From the IMG/VR virus record IMGVR_UViG_3300027777_000004, positions 1-58,499 of that record: a stretch of DNA of 58,499 nucleotides; one strand, 5' to 3'. This stretch comes from a virus (Duplodnaviria; Caudoviricetes). Positions 45,600 to 55,972 of the stretch are shown here, one piece after another. Position numbers and translations under genes: made by a program. How positions within the stretch are numbered: the first letter of the stretch is position 1; each line of letters starts with the position of its first letter. The notes under the pieces are model-generated. The model made no database searches. It was not told the origin of the DNA and saw nothing but the letters and a program-made list of their open reading frames with translations.

Positions 45600-45862
45600 C
45601 TGACATCACAGACCGGCTTCGCAGTTGGTGCTACACCCCGACCAGTGGTACGGCCCAAGACCTCATGGACGAGGCTGCGGTGGCGATTGAGCGGCTGCGT
45701 GACGCGCTCGACGGCACACTCGACCACCGCGACCTGCTGACGGTGAAGGTCAGTCAATGGGAAGCTGTGACAAAACCTAGGCCCATAGAGATAAGTGCCG
45801 AGGTTTCGTTACACCCCAAAAGTGACCGCATCTACGTGTCAGGCCAAGATTCCGACGACTAA
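45596..45862 (+). CDS. Hypothetical protein (MTDITDRLR...EAAxxIERLR type)
   Basis: GAGG RBS, ATGA coupling. Confidence 0.6.
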   Translation: MTDITDRLRSWCYTPTSGTAQDLMDEAAVAIERLRDALDGTLDHRDLLTVKVSQWEAVTKPRPIEISAEVSLHPKSDRIYVSGQDSDD

Positions 45863-45965
45863 TTGAAGTCTCGGCCCGACAGTCGGCCATATACCTAGTA
45901 GAGATTCCGACCCGCACCCAGTAGCTATCTAGCTACGCATCACAACAGAGAGGGGGTGATCGAAG

Positions 45966-46166
45966 ATGGCGTACCCGAAAAAGAAGAAGAGCGGCTCCGG
46001 TGGCATGTGCAAGGACGGCAAGCCCGTAGTTGGTGGCCAGCCACCCGACCTGCGAGCGAAGCTCATGTCTGCGTATAAGGCCATGGAGTACGGCGGCGGC
46101 ACCAAGACCCCGACAGAGAACAACAAGCCCGTTTATCCCACCAAGGCCAAGCAGAAGGCGAAGTGA
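45966..46166 (+). CDS. Small basic protein
   Basis: Lys-rich; GGGGG RBS. Confidence 0.5.
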   Translation: MAYPKKKKSGSGGMCKDGKPVVGGQPPDLRAKLMSAYKAMEYGGGTKTPTENNKPVYPTKAKQKAK

Positions 46167-46172
46167 GATGAA

Positions 46173-46589
46173 ATGCCACGACCCACTAGCTTCAAGACGT
46201 TGCAGGAATACGTATGGCAGAAGTTGCCACGGCGTCGGACGATGGTGGGCAAGGAAGCTGTATTTGACGCTGTATCTGTGGCTGTTCAAGAATGGCCCAG
46301 CCAGAAGTTTGAGGCGTTCGCGGATAGCGAACAGGGTGAGGCTTCTGGTGAAGAGACTGCTGCGCTCAAAGAGCTAGAGGGCAATATCAAGCGGCAGATG
46401 GACTTGGTCTACGGCGACCGCAAGTTCGGTTTCGTCTGGGTCATAGCCCTCCAGTTCATCCTCCCGATCATCATTCGTCTCATCTACGATTGGTGGAAAA
46501 AGCGGAAGGAGAACAGTGACCTCCTATCGTCATGGCAATCCAAGCTAGTGGGCGACGACTCTAACCCTCCTTCGGTGGACAATGGCTGA
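46173..46589 (+). CDS. Hypothetical membrane protein
   Basis: FGFVWVIALQFILPIII transmembrane segment. Confidence 0.6.
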   Translation: MPRPTSFKTLQEYVWQKLPRRRTMVGKEAVFDAVSVAVQEWPSQKFEAFADSEQGEASGEETAALKELEGNIKRQMDLVYGDRKFGFVWVIALQFILPIIIRLIYDWWKKRKENSDLLSSWQSKLVGDDSNPPSVDNG

Positions 46590-48372
46590 ACCAGACAATG
46601 CCCAGAGGGCTGGCCAAGTATTGACGGACTTGGTCAGACGCCCCGGCGAGAGCCTCGGGTCATACTTGGTGCGGGCTCAGTCCATGACCAAGCCCCAGTA
46701 CCAGCGTCGGGCACCCGATGACCGTACTGCACTGGCCAAGATGACAGGGGATATGACCACTGGCATCAGCGACAATGAGCTTGAAGATTGGTACATGACT
46801 CTGGATGAGAAGACGATCCCCGAGCATGAGCAGTTCAAGGAGAATGTCGCCCGCACCCTAGGCGAGCAGGTCTTTACCATTCCCCCCGTAGACGAATCTG
46901 GCGAGGGAGATGGTTATGTGCCAGCCAACTTCGACCAATTCTTTATGCGAACGATTCTTCCGCAGATAGAGGCCGATTACGGCACTGCTGTCGATGCCCC
47001 GCAAGTGCAAGAGCATATTATGGCCCGACTCATGGGGGAGCCGCACGACTTCCAAGACGAGAACATCAAGAAATACACCACTATGGTGCTGGACAACCTC
47101 AAAGAGGGTCAGTCCATCGATCCGTTCCCGGCTATGAGCCAAGAAGAGGCGGACGACGCCTACGCCAAGTACGGAACGAAGGCCCGCTTCTACATTGGCC
47201 AAGAGAATAGGGACAACTTTGCCCGCAAGAAAGCCTACGGGCTACTGCAAACCTTCGCAGATGGCGAACATGCCCCACCTCTCCAAGGGCTACCCTCTGC
47301 AATAGCGGGCGCGGCGGGGCAGATGTATACGAATGTCGCTGATGTCTTCGCCCCGCGAGACCTTTTTGACCCGCAGCCGGAATTTGTCTCGAACGACGGC
47401 TCGAAGGATGGATACGAGAATGCCCGCGCAGCTACCGATGCCCTCGGCGGGCCGCTCGGGAGGATCAGACAGGCCAACAAGTTCTACGAAAGGGCCACCG
47501 AAGACCCCGAATCTGTACGCGATCCCGTCACTGGGGCCAATTATGCAGACCAATCCAACCTAGGCATGGTTGGAATGGGCAACCATGGGGCAAAGTCGGA
47601 CGGCTACTACCAGTACGCCACCAATGAGCTGAAGAATCTGTTCGACAACACCAAGTTCACAGGTGGGCTAGACCCACTGATGGGATTTACCCACCAGAGC
47701 AACCAGATACAGCCCCCAGAAGTGATGAGTGAACTGTCGCAATATGAGCGCAATAGCAACAGGACGACTCCCATCGTCCCGGGCGGTCGCTATGTCTCTG
47801 AAACTGACAATAAAGACACCAGCCCCGCCGAAGAAGCCGCAGATTTGTTCAAAGGCTACAAGGATCACACGGCAGATGCGTTTAATCGGGGGTATAGGGA
47901 GCGAACGGGCATGAACCCGACCCAATTCCAGAGCAGCATGGGTAATATCCTGCGAGAAACCCTCACAGACCCCGCGACACTTGCTGGAACGGCCCTTTCG
48001 GCAGGGTTTGGTGCCCTGTTTGGTGGCGTGAAGGGGGCGGCAACGCCTGTTACCCTAGGTCTGGGCAGGGAATTACTAGAAGAAGGCGGCTTTACGGGGG
48101 CTTTAGAGTCCCTTTTGACCGGCCCGAGCTACTTTACAGAGCCTCTAGAAGGGGCTGGATATAGCCCTTTTGACCCCCAGAACAAGGCTTTAGAGGCCAT
48201 CCAGCAGTCCCGAGAACAGGCCGATGCTAGTGCTAAAGTCGCTGCGGCTCTGATGCGACAGCAGCGCAGCCCCATAGGTCAGTCACTCCTGCCCGAAGAG
48301 CAGCCAGCACTGCCCCGCCGCAGGCCCTCTATGAACCAGATGCCGCCCAAGTCCAGCCTACGGGATTTGTAG
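46582..48372 (+). CDS. Hypothetical protein, putative internal virion protein
   Basis: 596 aa; Gly/Ala hydrophobic segment TDPATLAGTALSAGFGALFGG. Confidence 0.6.
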   Translation: MAEPDNAQRAGQVLTDLVRRPGESLGSYLVRAQSMTKPQYQRRAPDDRTALAKMTGDMTTGISDNELEDWYMTLDEKTIPEHEQFKENVARTLGEQVFTIPPVDESGEGDGYVPANFDQFFMRTILPQIEADYGTAVDAPQVQEHIMARLMGEPHDFQDENIKKYTTMVLDNLKEGQSIDPFPAMSQEEADDAYAKYGTKARFYIGQENRDNFARKKAYGLLQTFADGEHAPPLQGLPSAIAGAAGQMYTNVADVFAPRDLFDPQPEFVSNDGSKDGYENARAATDALGGPLGRIRQANKFYERATEDPESVRDPVTGANYADQSNLGMVGMGNHGAKSDGYYQYATNELKNLFDNTKFTGGLDPLMGFTHQSNQIQPPEVMSELSQYERNSNRTTPIVPGGRYVSETDNKDTSPAEEAADLFKGYKDHTADAFNRGYRERTGMNPTQFQSSMGNILRETLTDPATLAGTALSAGFGALFGGVKGAATPVTLGLGRELLEEGGFTGALESLLTGPSYFTEPLEGAGYSPFDPQNKALEAIQQSREQADASAKVAAALMRQQRSPIGQSLLPEEQPALPRRRPSMNQMPPKSSLRDL

Positions 48373-48445
48373 TAACAAATTCCTGCTGGTGAGATGGCTA
48401 CATCATTGGGCATACTGATAGCTCACCTCCCTAGGAGTGCTATGT

Positions 48446-49519
48446 ATGGCCGACGATGCAGAAGTTGGGATCGATGACCTGCCGGTAGGGGAACCCGAGG
48501 CTATCGAATCAGATGGGGCATCAGAAGAAGGCTATTCCGGCCCAGACGAAACTGCGGCAGAAGAGACACCGGGAGAAGCGGCCGCGCCTGTTGAAGTCTG
48601 GTCGCATTTCCGACAGCTCCCCCAGTTCAATGGCCAGGACGATAACGCCATTGCAGGGCGGCTCTACCAAGCCCTCCAAAGGGAAGAGTCGGTTGCTCGA
48701 CAGCTCCAGCAGTATCAGTCTGTCATCCCTGTTGCCAGCGAATACCTTGCCAATCGTCCTTCGTATGAGCAGTGGAAACAGTCCCAGCAGCAGCCCCAGC
48801 AGCAGCCGCAAGCCCAAGCGAAGCCGCCGGAAGAGCCGTCCCCGTGGACGCCGCCCAAGCTGAAGGACAGCTACCGACAGTATCTCGTCAAGGACGAGAA
48901 TGGTCGTGACAGTATTGCTCCCGAGGCACCACTTGATGCCAAGGCTGCACTGCAAGAACACATGGCATTTCGGGCCAACTTCGCTACCCGATTGCTCGAC
49001 AACCCAGAAGAGACGTTGCAGCCCATCATCTCGAAGATGGCACGGCAACAGGCACAGGAATTGTTCTCGTCAGAGATCGGTCGGATGCAGGAACAGGGGT
49101 TTGTAGACCAGACCCTCGAAGACAATAAAGATTGGCTTTATGCAAATGGAACAAATGGGGATGCGTCTGCGGAAGGACTCGCGGTACAGAAATATATTGA
49201 GGACATGAAGGGTTACGGCATCCAAGGAGCTGAACCCCGTTGGGAAATGGCGAAGAAGTTATTGGAGCGGGATGTGCTTGAAGCCCATGCCCGAAACTTG
49301 GAGGAAAACCTCCGACGACTCCAAGGACAGATCGCAACGACCCAGCAGGTGCAGCAACAACCGACAGCCGACGCCAAGAACATGGACTACCTGCGACAGC
49401 AGGCGATGCGGTCGGTGAATCGTACAAGTGTTAGCACTACCGATAGCCGAGTACCGCAGAAACCAATGACATTTGCTGACCGCTTCCGAAAAGATTTGTC
49501 CGACGCCGGAATGACCTGA
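48446..49519 (+). CDS. Putative capsid scaffolding protein
   Basis: Acidic N-terminus and coiled-coil; directly upstream of the major capsid gene; AGGAG RBS. Confidence 0.65.
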   Translation: MADDAEVGIDDLPVGEPEAIESDGASEEGYSGPDETAAEETPGEAAAPVEVWSHFRQLPQFNGQDDNAIAGRLYQALQREESVARQLQQYQSVIPVASEYLANRPSYEQWKQSQQQPQQQPQAQAKPPEEPSPWTPPKLKDSYRQYLVKDENGRDSIAPEAPLDAKAALQEHMAFRANFATRLLDNPEETLQPIISKMARQQAQELFSSEIGRMQEQGFVDQTLEDNKDWLYANGTNGDASAEGLAVQKYIEDMKGYGIQGAEPRWEMAKKLLERDVLEAHARNLEENLRRLQGQIATTQQVQQQPTADAKNMDYLRQQAMRSVNRTSVSTTDSRVPQKPMTFADRFRKDLSDAGMT

Positions 49520-49541
49520 CCACCCCAAAGGTTTAATTACA

Positions 49542-50711
49542 ATGGCCTCACCTACAGACTGGGCGCGCGTTATTGCAACAACGATTGTCAACCATCTTCG
49601 TGAAGAAGAGGTGGCGACGTTCCGCAAGTTCAAGGTGTTCGCCTTGCTGGAGTCCAGCGGCAACATTGTAATGAATCAGAGTGGAAGGGGATTCGACTGG
49701 AACGTCCGCTGGAAAAATGCAAGTGTGACAGGTAACACTGGTGATACACCGCGTACCTTCAGCCGCATCAATATGTTCAAGCGGCCCCAGCTTCCTTGGA
49801 AAGGCTTTGTTGCCACCGACGCCATCATGCGGCGCGAAATGCTGGAGAACCGGGGTCAGCAGGCACTTGTTGACGTTGCTGGCAAGATGGCCGAGCGTCT
49901 GCAAGAGTCGCTTGAGCAGCACCTCGCCTACCAGCCGTACAAAGATGGTTCTCTGAATGATAACGACTTCCACGGGCTGGAATCGTTCCTCGGGTTCGAT
50001 GGTACTATCAACGAAGACGATGCAACGTCGCCGTTCGCCAAGCGCAACTCGGGCAACACCAGCGACCGCTATGGCTACCCGTCGGATACGTTCGCTGATC
50101 TGAACACTCAGCTCGGCGTGTACGGTGGTGGCCGAGTCGCTGGCCCTGCTACTCCCCTCTCCACCACTCCGAAATGGCCGAACCATGCGGTTGATCCAGA
50201 GGCGGATTTTTGGTCGCCGGTAATTGTAAACTATAATGCGTCGGGCCTTAACAAGGCTGCCGCCGCTAGCCGAAGCTGGGCGAAGAATTGCACCTTTGCG
50301 ATGCGCGAAGGAATTCATCAGACCAAGAGAAATGATTCTGTGCAGGGGCAGATCGACATGATCGCTCTGGACAGGTCGCTGTATATCCAGTTCCTCAACA
50401 CTTACCGCGACAATGAGCGGCTGGTGGTGTCGAAGGAGAACGGCCTCAAGGCTCTGGGCTTCAATGACACCGTCACCCTCGACGGCGTGGAAGTAACAAG
50501 TGAGTATGCTGTTCCCGCAGGCCGAGGCTACGGCTTCAGCATCGGCAACATGCAGCTCCGATGCCTCGAATCGCAGCTCATGGTGGCCGAGGGCCCCTTC
50601 TTCGACGAAGAGACTCAAGCGTACCGATATGCTTGCTCGACACTCGGCAACTTCTATTTTAAGAGTCCGAGAAATTTCTTTGCCCTCGCCCCTGTTACGG
50701 CTGAAGCCTGA
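49542..50711 (+). CDS. Major capsid protein
   Basis: 389 aa after the scaffold; HK97-fold-like pattern (MLENRG...LQESLEQHL, FHGLES, TLDGVEV). Confidence 0.8.
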   Translation: MASPTDWARVIATTIVNHLREEEVATFRKFKVFALLESSGNIVMNQSGRGFDWNVRWKNASVTGNTGDTPRTFSRINMFKRPQLPWKGFVATDAIMRREMLENRGQQALVDVAGKMAERLQESLEQHLAYQPYKDGSLNDNDFHGLESFLGFDGTINEDDATSPFAKRNSGNTSDRYGYPSDTFADLNTQLGVYGGGRVAGPATPLSTTPKWPNHAVDPEADFWSPVIVNYNASGLNKAAAASRSWAKNCTFAMREGIHQTKRNDSVQGQIDMIALDRSLYIQFLNTYRDNERLVVSKENGLKALGFNDTVTLDGVEVTSEYAVPAGRGYGFSIGNMQLRCLESQLMVAEGPFFDEETQAYRYACSTLGNFYFKSPRNFFALAPVTAEA

Positions 50712-50734
50712 CCCACTTGTAGGAGCATCTCACA

Positions 50735-51328
50735 ATGTCCAGTTTGTTCTCTGATCCTCCGTTCACTCGCGGCTCGACGCTGCTTGGTGGCGAAGTTATT
50801 GAAACTGACGGCAATGGCCCTATTGCGGGTCGTGCAATCGCCGGTCAGGTCAAGATTTTCCAAGACATCAACCCCTCGACGAAGTCACTCAACAGTGATC
50901 GATTGGTGTATTGCGTTGCGGCCCGCTACATGGGCAGCAATGTGGCAGACGTAACGACCATCGCCGGTAACTTGTACGTGTTCGACGCCACAGTGTCGGG
51001 CACCACGCAGGTAGGTGCCTTGGAGAATTTCTCCGCACTTGGAACGTCGTCCAATATCACCAATACGGCGGTCGCATTTGGCGTACTGGACGAGTACCTG
51101 ACCGGGGCCATTAGGACGAACGACATCGTCTGGCTTGTCGTCAAGGGCCCGTGCAGCGTCCGACAGTCAGCAGCGATTGTCGGTGCGAACGCGGCAGTGG
51201 CACCCGCTACGATTGGTAATGTTGCGGCATGGTCAACGGGCCTCGCCATCGGCCAGAACATTGGTTTGGCCACCACGGCAGCACTTCAGTTGCTCCGAGT
51301 CAACATTGCCAGCAATGCAGTGGCGTGA
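50735..51328 (+). CDS. Capsid decoration/cement-like protein
   Basis: Follows the major capsid gene; IVWLVVKGP; A/G/T-rich. Confidence 0.6.
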   Translation: MSSLFSDPPFTRGSTLLGGEVIETDGNGPIAGRAIAGQVKIFQDINPSTKSLNSDRLVYCVAARYMGSNVADVTTIAGNLYVFDATVSGTTQVGALENFSALGTSSNITNTAVAFGVLDEYLTGAIRTNDIVWLVVKGPCSVRQSAAIVGANAAVAPATIGNVAAWSTGLAIGQNIGLATTAALQLLRVNIASNAVA

Positions 51329-51362
51329 GTGTGATGGCACGACCATCCCGCTAACTAAATAC

Positions 51363-51403
51363 GATAACAGCCTGCGGAGAGATACCGCAGGCTGTTATCA
51401 TTT
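51363..51403 (+). terminator. Perfect 15-bp hairpin after the capsid genes (terminator/attenuator)
   Basis: GATAACAGCCTGCGG-AGAGATA-CCGCAGGCTGTTATC-ATTT. Confidence 0.7.
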
Positions 51404-51409
51404 ACTGAC

Positions 51410-52096
51410 ATGAGTGATCGCACATGCACCAACTGCGGGGATACCCGCCCGCTGACCAAGGAATTCTTCCGGTGGCGGGAGCGGGACGGCAAGGGTTTCT
51501 TTACCCCTGAGTGCCGCGTCTGTATTGCGGCCCAGAAGAAAGAAACCGTCCAGCGGATCAAGCAGCGGCGGCGCGATAGCCTCAAGAAGATTGAGGCGGC
51601 TGGCGTTGACTTGTATGTGCAGTCGGCCCAAGCAGGCGGCTCCAACATCCCGCACTCAGCCGAGGTGATTGAACGGGTCTTTCAGTATTTCGGCGGGGTG
51701 GGCGGGTTCTCGGCCATGCTGGTCAAGCAGTATTACGACAGCCCGCCCGGTAGCCCTGCCCGTAACAAGCTCCTAGAGACGCTGTGCCGCCTAGTCAGCA
51801 AGAACGTCGAACAGGGCGGGGCCAAGAAGCCCTTAACCCTATGGTCAGAGGAAGAGCTTGAGCTGGAGCTAACTGACCGTTTTCAGCAAGCAGTCGCCGC
51901 ATTCAAGGGAACCACCATCAATGTCCAAGGCACCGAAACGGCACCCCAAGCTATCGCCGCCGACTATCCCCACTCTGCCGACGATGACCAAGTTCGAGCG
52001 GGACTCCATCCGCGAACTGCAAAGCGAACTCCGCGAAAGAAAACTCGAAGCACTGAAGCTCTACCATCCCAACCAGAATCAAGCGGAGATTCATGA
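51410..52096 (+). CDS. Putative terminase small subunit with N-terminal Zn finger
   Basis: Directly upstream of and overlapping TerL; CTNC...CRVC; LWSEEELE motif. Confidence 0.5.
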   Translation: MSDRTCTNCGDTRPLTKEFFRWRERDGKGFFTPECRVCIAAQKKETVQRIKQRRRDSLKKIEAAGVDLYVQSAQAGGSNIPHSAEVIERVFQYFGGVGGFSAMLVKQYYDSPPGSPARNKLLETLCRLVSKNVEQGGAKKPLTLWSEEELELELTDRFQQAVAAFKGTTINVQGTETAPQAIAADYPHSADDDQVRAGLHPRTAKRTPRKKTRSTEALPSQPESSGDS

Positions 52097-53612
52097 GTGC
52101 AGGGCTAGCGAAGTCCTCGTCATTGGGGGCAATCGGTCAGGGAAATCCCTGTGTACGTTCGTTGAGGATGCACGCGCGGCGACCGGACAAGACCCCTTTA
52201 AGAAATACCCAGAAAAAGATGGGATTCTGGTGATCGTAGGGAAGGATTGGAAGCACATAGGCATGGTGGTGTACCCCATGCTGTTTAAATGGGGGGCTTT
52301 CAAGATCGTCAAGGATAAAGTCACTGGGGATTGGCGGTCCTTCGACCCAACCCGCGACGCCCGGGAGGACGCCCGCCCTTCGCCGCCGCTGATCCCCCCA
52401 AGGCTCATCAAGTCAGTTAGCTGGGTACACAAATCCGCTAACTATATCCAGATGGCCACTATGACAAATGGGTGGGTCATTCACTTCTTCTCTAGTGAAG
52501 GTGATCCCGTACAAGGCTTTCAAAGTGATCGTTGCCACATCGACGAGGACGTTTCAAATGAGCAGTGGGTTTCGGAGTTACAAGCCCGCATTATCGACCG
52601 CAAGGGGACGTTCGTTTGGTCGGCAATGCCCCATAGCGCGAATAATGCACTCCTAGGATTGAAGGAGCGGGCCGACGCTAGCGAACAGGCCCTCGGGGAT
52701 AAGTCCCATATCCGGCAGTTCAAGCTCAGGTTTTTAGATAATCCGCACTTGGATGCCGAAGAGAAGGCCAAGAGCATCGAACGCTGGGCCTCAGTGGGCG
52801 ACGACGTTCTCAGGATGCGGGCCGAGGGTGATTTCATCACCGACTCAGTGCTGTGCTACCCCAGCTTCGACATGCGGATACACGGCATGGATCGGTCGGA
52901 GCTACCCGATGGGCAAGTTCCCTACGATTGGTGCCGCTACGCCGTTATCGACCCGGGCCACGCCGTCACGGCGGTTTTGTTCGCTGCCGTACCTCCCAGC
53001 GGCAACTTCTGGCTGTTGTATGACCAGCTCTACCTGCGGCAGTCAAACGCCATGATCTTTGGGGAGCAGTTCGCCAAGAAAGCGCAGAACCAGCATTGGC
53101 ATGCGTTTATCATCGATGCTCATGGCGGTAGGTTGCGCGACATCGGCTCTGGCAGGCTCCCCGTCGAGCAATACACAGAACAGCTAGTCAAACGCAACAT
53201 CCGCAGCCAGACAACCGGGGCGAGCTTCCTGTCGGGGTGCGATGATATTCCCGCCCGCACGGAATCTACCCGAATGGCCCTGCATATAAGGCCCGAGGGC
53301 ACTCCGATCCTGCGGGTGTTGCGCGACTCCTGCCCCGATTTGGAGCGGGAAATCAAGCGATACCGCAAGCTCGTCAATTACGTTAGCGGCACGGCCATTG
53401 TCACAGACCGGCCTAATACTAGGGGCGAAGTCCACTTGTGCCAGACACTTGAATACCTCTGTGCCTATCGGCCTAGGTATCACCAGCCGCCGTCCCGGTC
53501 TACAGAGCCAGAGCCGTGGTGGGTCAAGTGGCGTGAGAACAGAAAAAAGCGGCTGGGGGAGTCGGGGGGTAGCTATGTATATTTAGGCCCAACACGAAGG
53601 GAGAACCAGTAA
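51921..53612 (+). CDS. terL: Terminase large subunit
   Basis: GGNRSGKS (Walker A), HIDED (Walker B), AVIDPG (nuclease Asp). Confidence 0.9.
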   Translation: MSKAPKRHPKLSPPTIPTLPTMTKFERDSIRELQSELRERKLEALKLYHPNQNQAEIHECRASEVLVIGGNRSGKSLCTFVEDARAATGQDPFKKYPEKDGILVIVGKDWKHIGMVVYPMLFKWGAFKIVKDKVTGDWRSFDPTRDAREDARPSPPLIPPRLIKSVSWVHKSANYIQMATMTNGWVIHFFSSEGDPVQGFQSDRCHIDEDVSNEQWVSELQARIIDRKGTFVWSAMPHSANNALLGLKERADASEQALGDKSHIRQFKLRFLDNPHLDAEEKAKSIERWASVGDDVLRMRAEGDFITDSVLCYPSFDMRIHGMDRSELPDGQVPYDWCRYAVIDPGHAVTAVLFAAVPPSGNFWLLYDQLYLRQSNAMIFGEQFAKKAQNQHWHAFIIDAHGGRLRDIGSGRLPVEQYTEQLVKRNIRSQTTGASFLSGCDDIPARTESTRMALHIRPEGTPILRVLRDSCPDLEREIKRYRKLVNYVSGTAIVTDRPNTRGEVHLCQTLEYLCAYRPRYHQPPSRSTEPEPWWVKWRENRKKRLGESGGSYVYLGPTRRENQ

Positions 53613-53613
53613 T

Positions 53614-53946
53614 ATGTCAAACGAATCTGAAGAAGTTAGCTGGCGTATGCCGCAGCCCAGCATCGGGGACGCGGTGCTATTTGCACCAGATTACAACAGC
53701 ATGAACCGGCCCATACTGGGTCTTATCGTCAGCCCCCCGGGTGATAGTGCTGTGACTCTGGCGGTATTGTCACCTAACGGCATGATGATCCGGTCGGGGG
53801 TCAAGCACATTGATGACCCGGGCTGGAAGCAGGACAACTTCTGGAATGACCTCGGGGTGTGGGATTTCGCCCCCGTCACCAAGTCTATTCGGGCACTCAT
53901 GGAAAGAGAGAAGGTGAGAAATGGTCGAGAAACTGGAGCCAAGTAG
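53614..53946 (+). CDS. Hypothetical protein
   Basis: Between TerL and portal; GGGAG RBS. Confidence 0.6.
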   Translation: MSNESEEVSWRMPQPSIGDAVLFAPDYNSMNRPILGLIVSPPGDSAVTLAVLSPNGMMIRSGVKHIDDPGWKQDNFWNDLGVWDFAPVTKSIRALMEREKVRNGRETGAK

Positions 53947-55972
53947 TCCGCTGCGGCAGATCACCAGCACTTGGGTAGACAAGCTCAAGGCGGCGATGGA
54001 CTACAAGAAACCGTTCTCAGAGGACGCCAAAGAAGCGGGCATGTTCTTTGACGGCGACCACAACTGGATGTGGAAGGACTCCTACAGTCGTGGCGAACGC
54101 GGCTACAACTCCAGCATCGCCCCGCCTTCTTTCCGCATGCAGTTGAATAAGGTGTTCGAGCTGGTGGAGATTTTCGGGGCAGTCATTTACCACCGCAATC
54201 CGGTGCGTACTGTGACAGTCATGGAGCATCCGAACCTCCCGCCCGATGCGTTTGGTATCGACCCCACGCAGCCGATGGACCCCAACGCTCTCACGCCCGA
54301 GCAGCAGCAGCTACTTGGCATGGCGCAAGAGCAGCAGTCGGCCCAGAAGAAAAGGGCCATCGCGTCCCAGCTACTCAATGCGTATTTGAACTGGACGCCC
54401 CAAGAGTTGGACTTGAAGCGGCAGGCCAAGAAGGTGGTCAACGAAGCCCTCATCAAGGGCATGGGGGTGTTTTGGACAGAGTTAGTCACCCTGCCCACCT
54501 CGGGCGACGATCAAGAACGACCGCTTCGTATGGTGGGCAGCTACTACGATACGGTCGATAACCTGTTGATTGACCCCGACTTCGACAACATGGATGACAT
54601 GCTGTGGTGCGCTCGCAAGTGCGTCAAGCCGTTGCTCGAAGTCGCAGAGACATACGGCATCCCGCCCGATGAGCTGCGAAAACACCTAGAGGACAGCAAG
54701 AGCCGGTTGTCCAAAGAGCCCAAGAACACGAAGAAGAAGCAGACCAATGAGCTTCTGACCTACTACAAAATCTGGTCGAAGACCGGCATCGGGGACCGCT
54801 TCAAGGACAGCCCGAAAGAGAACCGGGGTGTGTTCGACAACCTGGGCCCCCATGTCTATCTGATTGTCTGTGAAGGTATCCCGTATCCGCTCAATCTGCC
54901 GCCCGAAGTGATGCAGGAGCCCGTAGACGAGCAACTCGGGTTTCCTCAGTCCATCGTCACCCGTACTGCATGGCCGGTGCCGTACTACGCCGATACGCAG
55001 GGCTGGCCCTTCACGCCTCTCTACTTCCATCCCAAGCCCGGGTATGCGTGGCCCATCAGCCATATCCGTCCGGGGATCGGGGAGTTGCGGCTGTTGAATT
55101 GGGCAATGAGTTTCTTGGCCACCCGTATCGCAACGTCCTGCGAAACAATGGTGGCGGTGCAGAAGGCAGCAGACCAGACGCTCAAAGACCAGATTCTCGC
55201 CCCGAGTGAGGGTGGTTTCAAGATTGTTGAACTGTCCGAATTGGTGGGCAGACGCATCGAAGATGTCATGTCAGTGTTCCAGTTCCCGCAGGTTACGCGG
55301 GACTTATATGACATTATCCAGAGCGTCGGGGAGATGTTCGCCCAACGCACCGGTTTGTCGGAGTTGGTCTATGGTTACACCCGTAACCAATTTCGTAGTG
55401 CAGCAGAGGCGAACATCAAGCAGGAGAACATCAGTGTTCGGCCTGACTCCATGGCGAACGACCTCGAAGACGCCATGAGTCTTCTGGCTCGCCGGGAGAG
55501 CCTCGCCGCCCGCTGGCTACTTGAGCCCCAAGACATCACCCCGGTGCTTGGCCCGCTGGGGGCACTGGCGTGGAGCCAGAACGTCTCGTCTCAGAGCCTT
55601 GTGGCACTGACTAGGGACTTCCTATACCGCGTTGAGGCTGGCAGTGCCCGCAAGCCCAACAAGGCCACCAAGGTCGAACAGATGCAGCTATCTGTGCAGA
55701 CGTTGGGGCCGATCCTGTCGGGGCTAGTTGGGTCTGGAATCGTTGGGCCATTCAATGCCCTAATCCGAGATTGGGCCGAGAGCCTCGACATCAATGCCGA
55801 GCCGTATCTTGTGCCCGAACCGCAACCCCCTGCCGCTGCGCCGCCGCCGTCCTCCCCTTCGGTTGAGCAGGCTGCGGCTGCGGGGGGCGATCCTGCCATG
55901 CCCAGCGAATTACCGCCCGACCCGGGGCCACCACCGCAAGTCCCGCCCGAGCTTGATCCCGCAGCGGCGTGA
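53921..55972 (+). CDS. Portal protein
   Basis: 683 aa after TerL; EALIKGMGV, LLIDPD, RTGLSELVYG...SAAEA, Pro-rich tail. Confidence 0.8.
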   Translation: MVEKLEPSSPLRQITSTWVDKLKAAMDYKKPFSEDAKEAGMFFDGDHNWMWKDSYSRGERGYNSSIAPPSFRMQLNKVFELVEIFGAVIYHRNPVRTVTVMEHPNLPPDAFGIDPTQPMDPNALTPEQQQLLGMAQEQQSAQKKRAIASQLLNAYLNWTPQELDLKRQAKKVVNEALIKGMGVFWTELVTLPTSGDDQERPLRMVGSYYDTVDNLLIDPDFDNMDDMLWCARKCVKPLLEVAETYGIPPDELRKHLEDSKSRLSKEPKNTKKKQTNELLTYYKIWSKTGIGDRFKDSPKENRGVFDNLGPHVYLIVCEGIPYPLNLPPEVMQEPVDEQLGFPQSIVTRTAWPVPYYADTQGWPFTPLYFHPKPGYAWPISHIRPGIGELRLLNWAMSFLATRIATSCETMVAVQKAADQTLKDQILAPSEGGFKIVELSELVGRRIEDVMSVFQFPQVTRDLYDIIQSVGEMFAQRTGLSELVYGYTRNQFRSAAEANIKQENISVRPDSMANDLEDAMSLLARRESLAARWLLEPQDITPVLGPLGALAWSQNVSSQSLVALTRDFLYRVEAGSARKPNKATKVEQMQLSVQTLGPILSGLVGSGIVGPFNALIRDWAESLDINAEPYLVPEPQPPAAAPPPSSPSVEQAAAAGGDPAMPSELPPDPGPPPQVPPELDPAAA

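Noticed and set aside
49548-50618. 356-aa antisense ORF, and similar shadow ORFs opposite the MoxR, VWA and fibre genes
   Set aside because: Shadow frames of GC-rich codon usage opposite well-supported genes; no motifs
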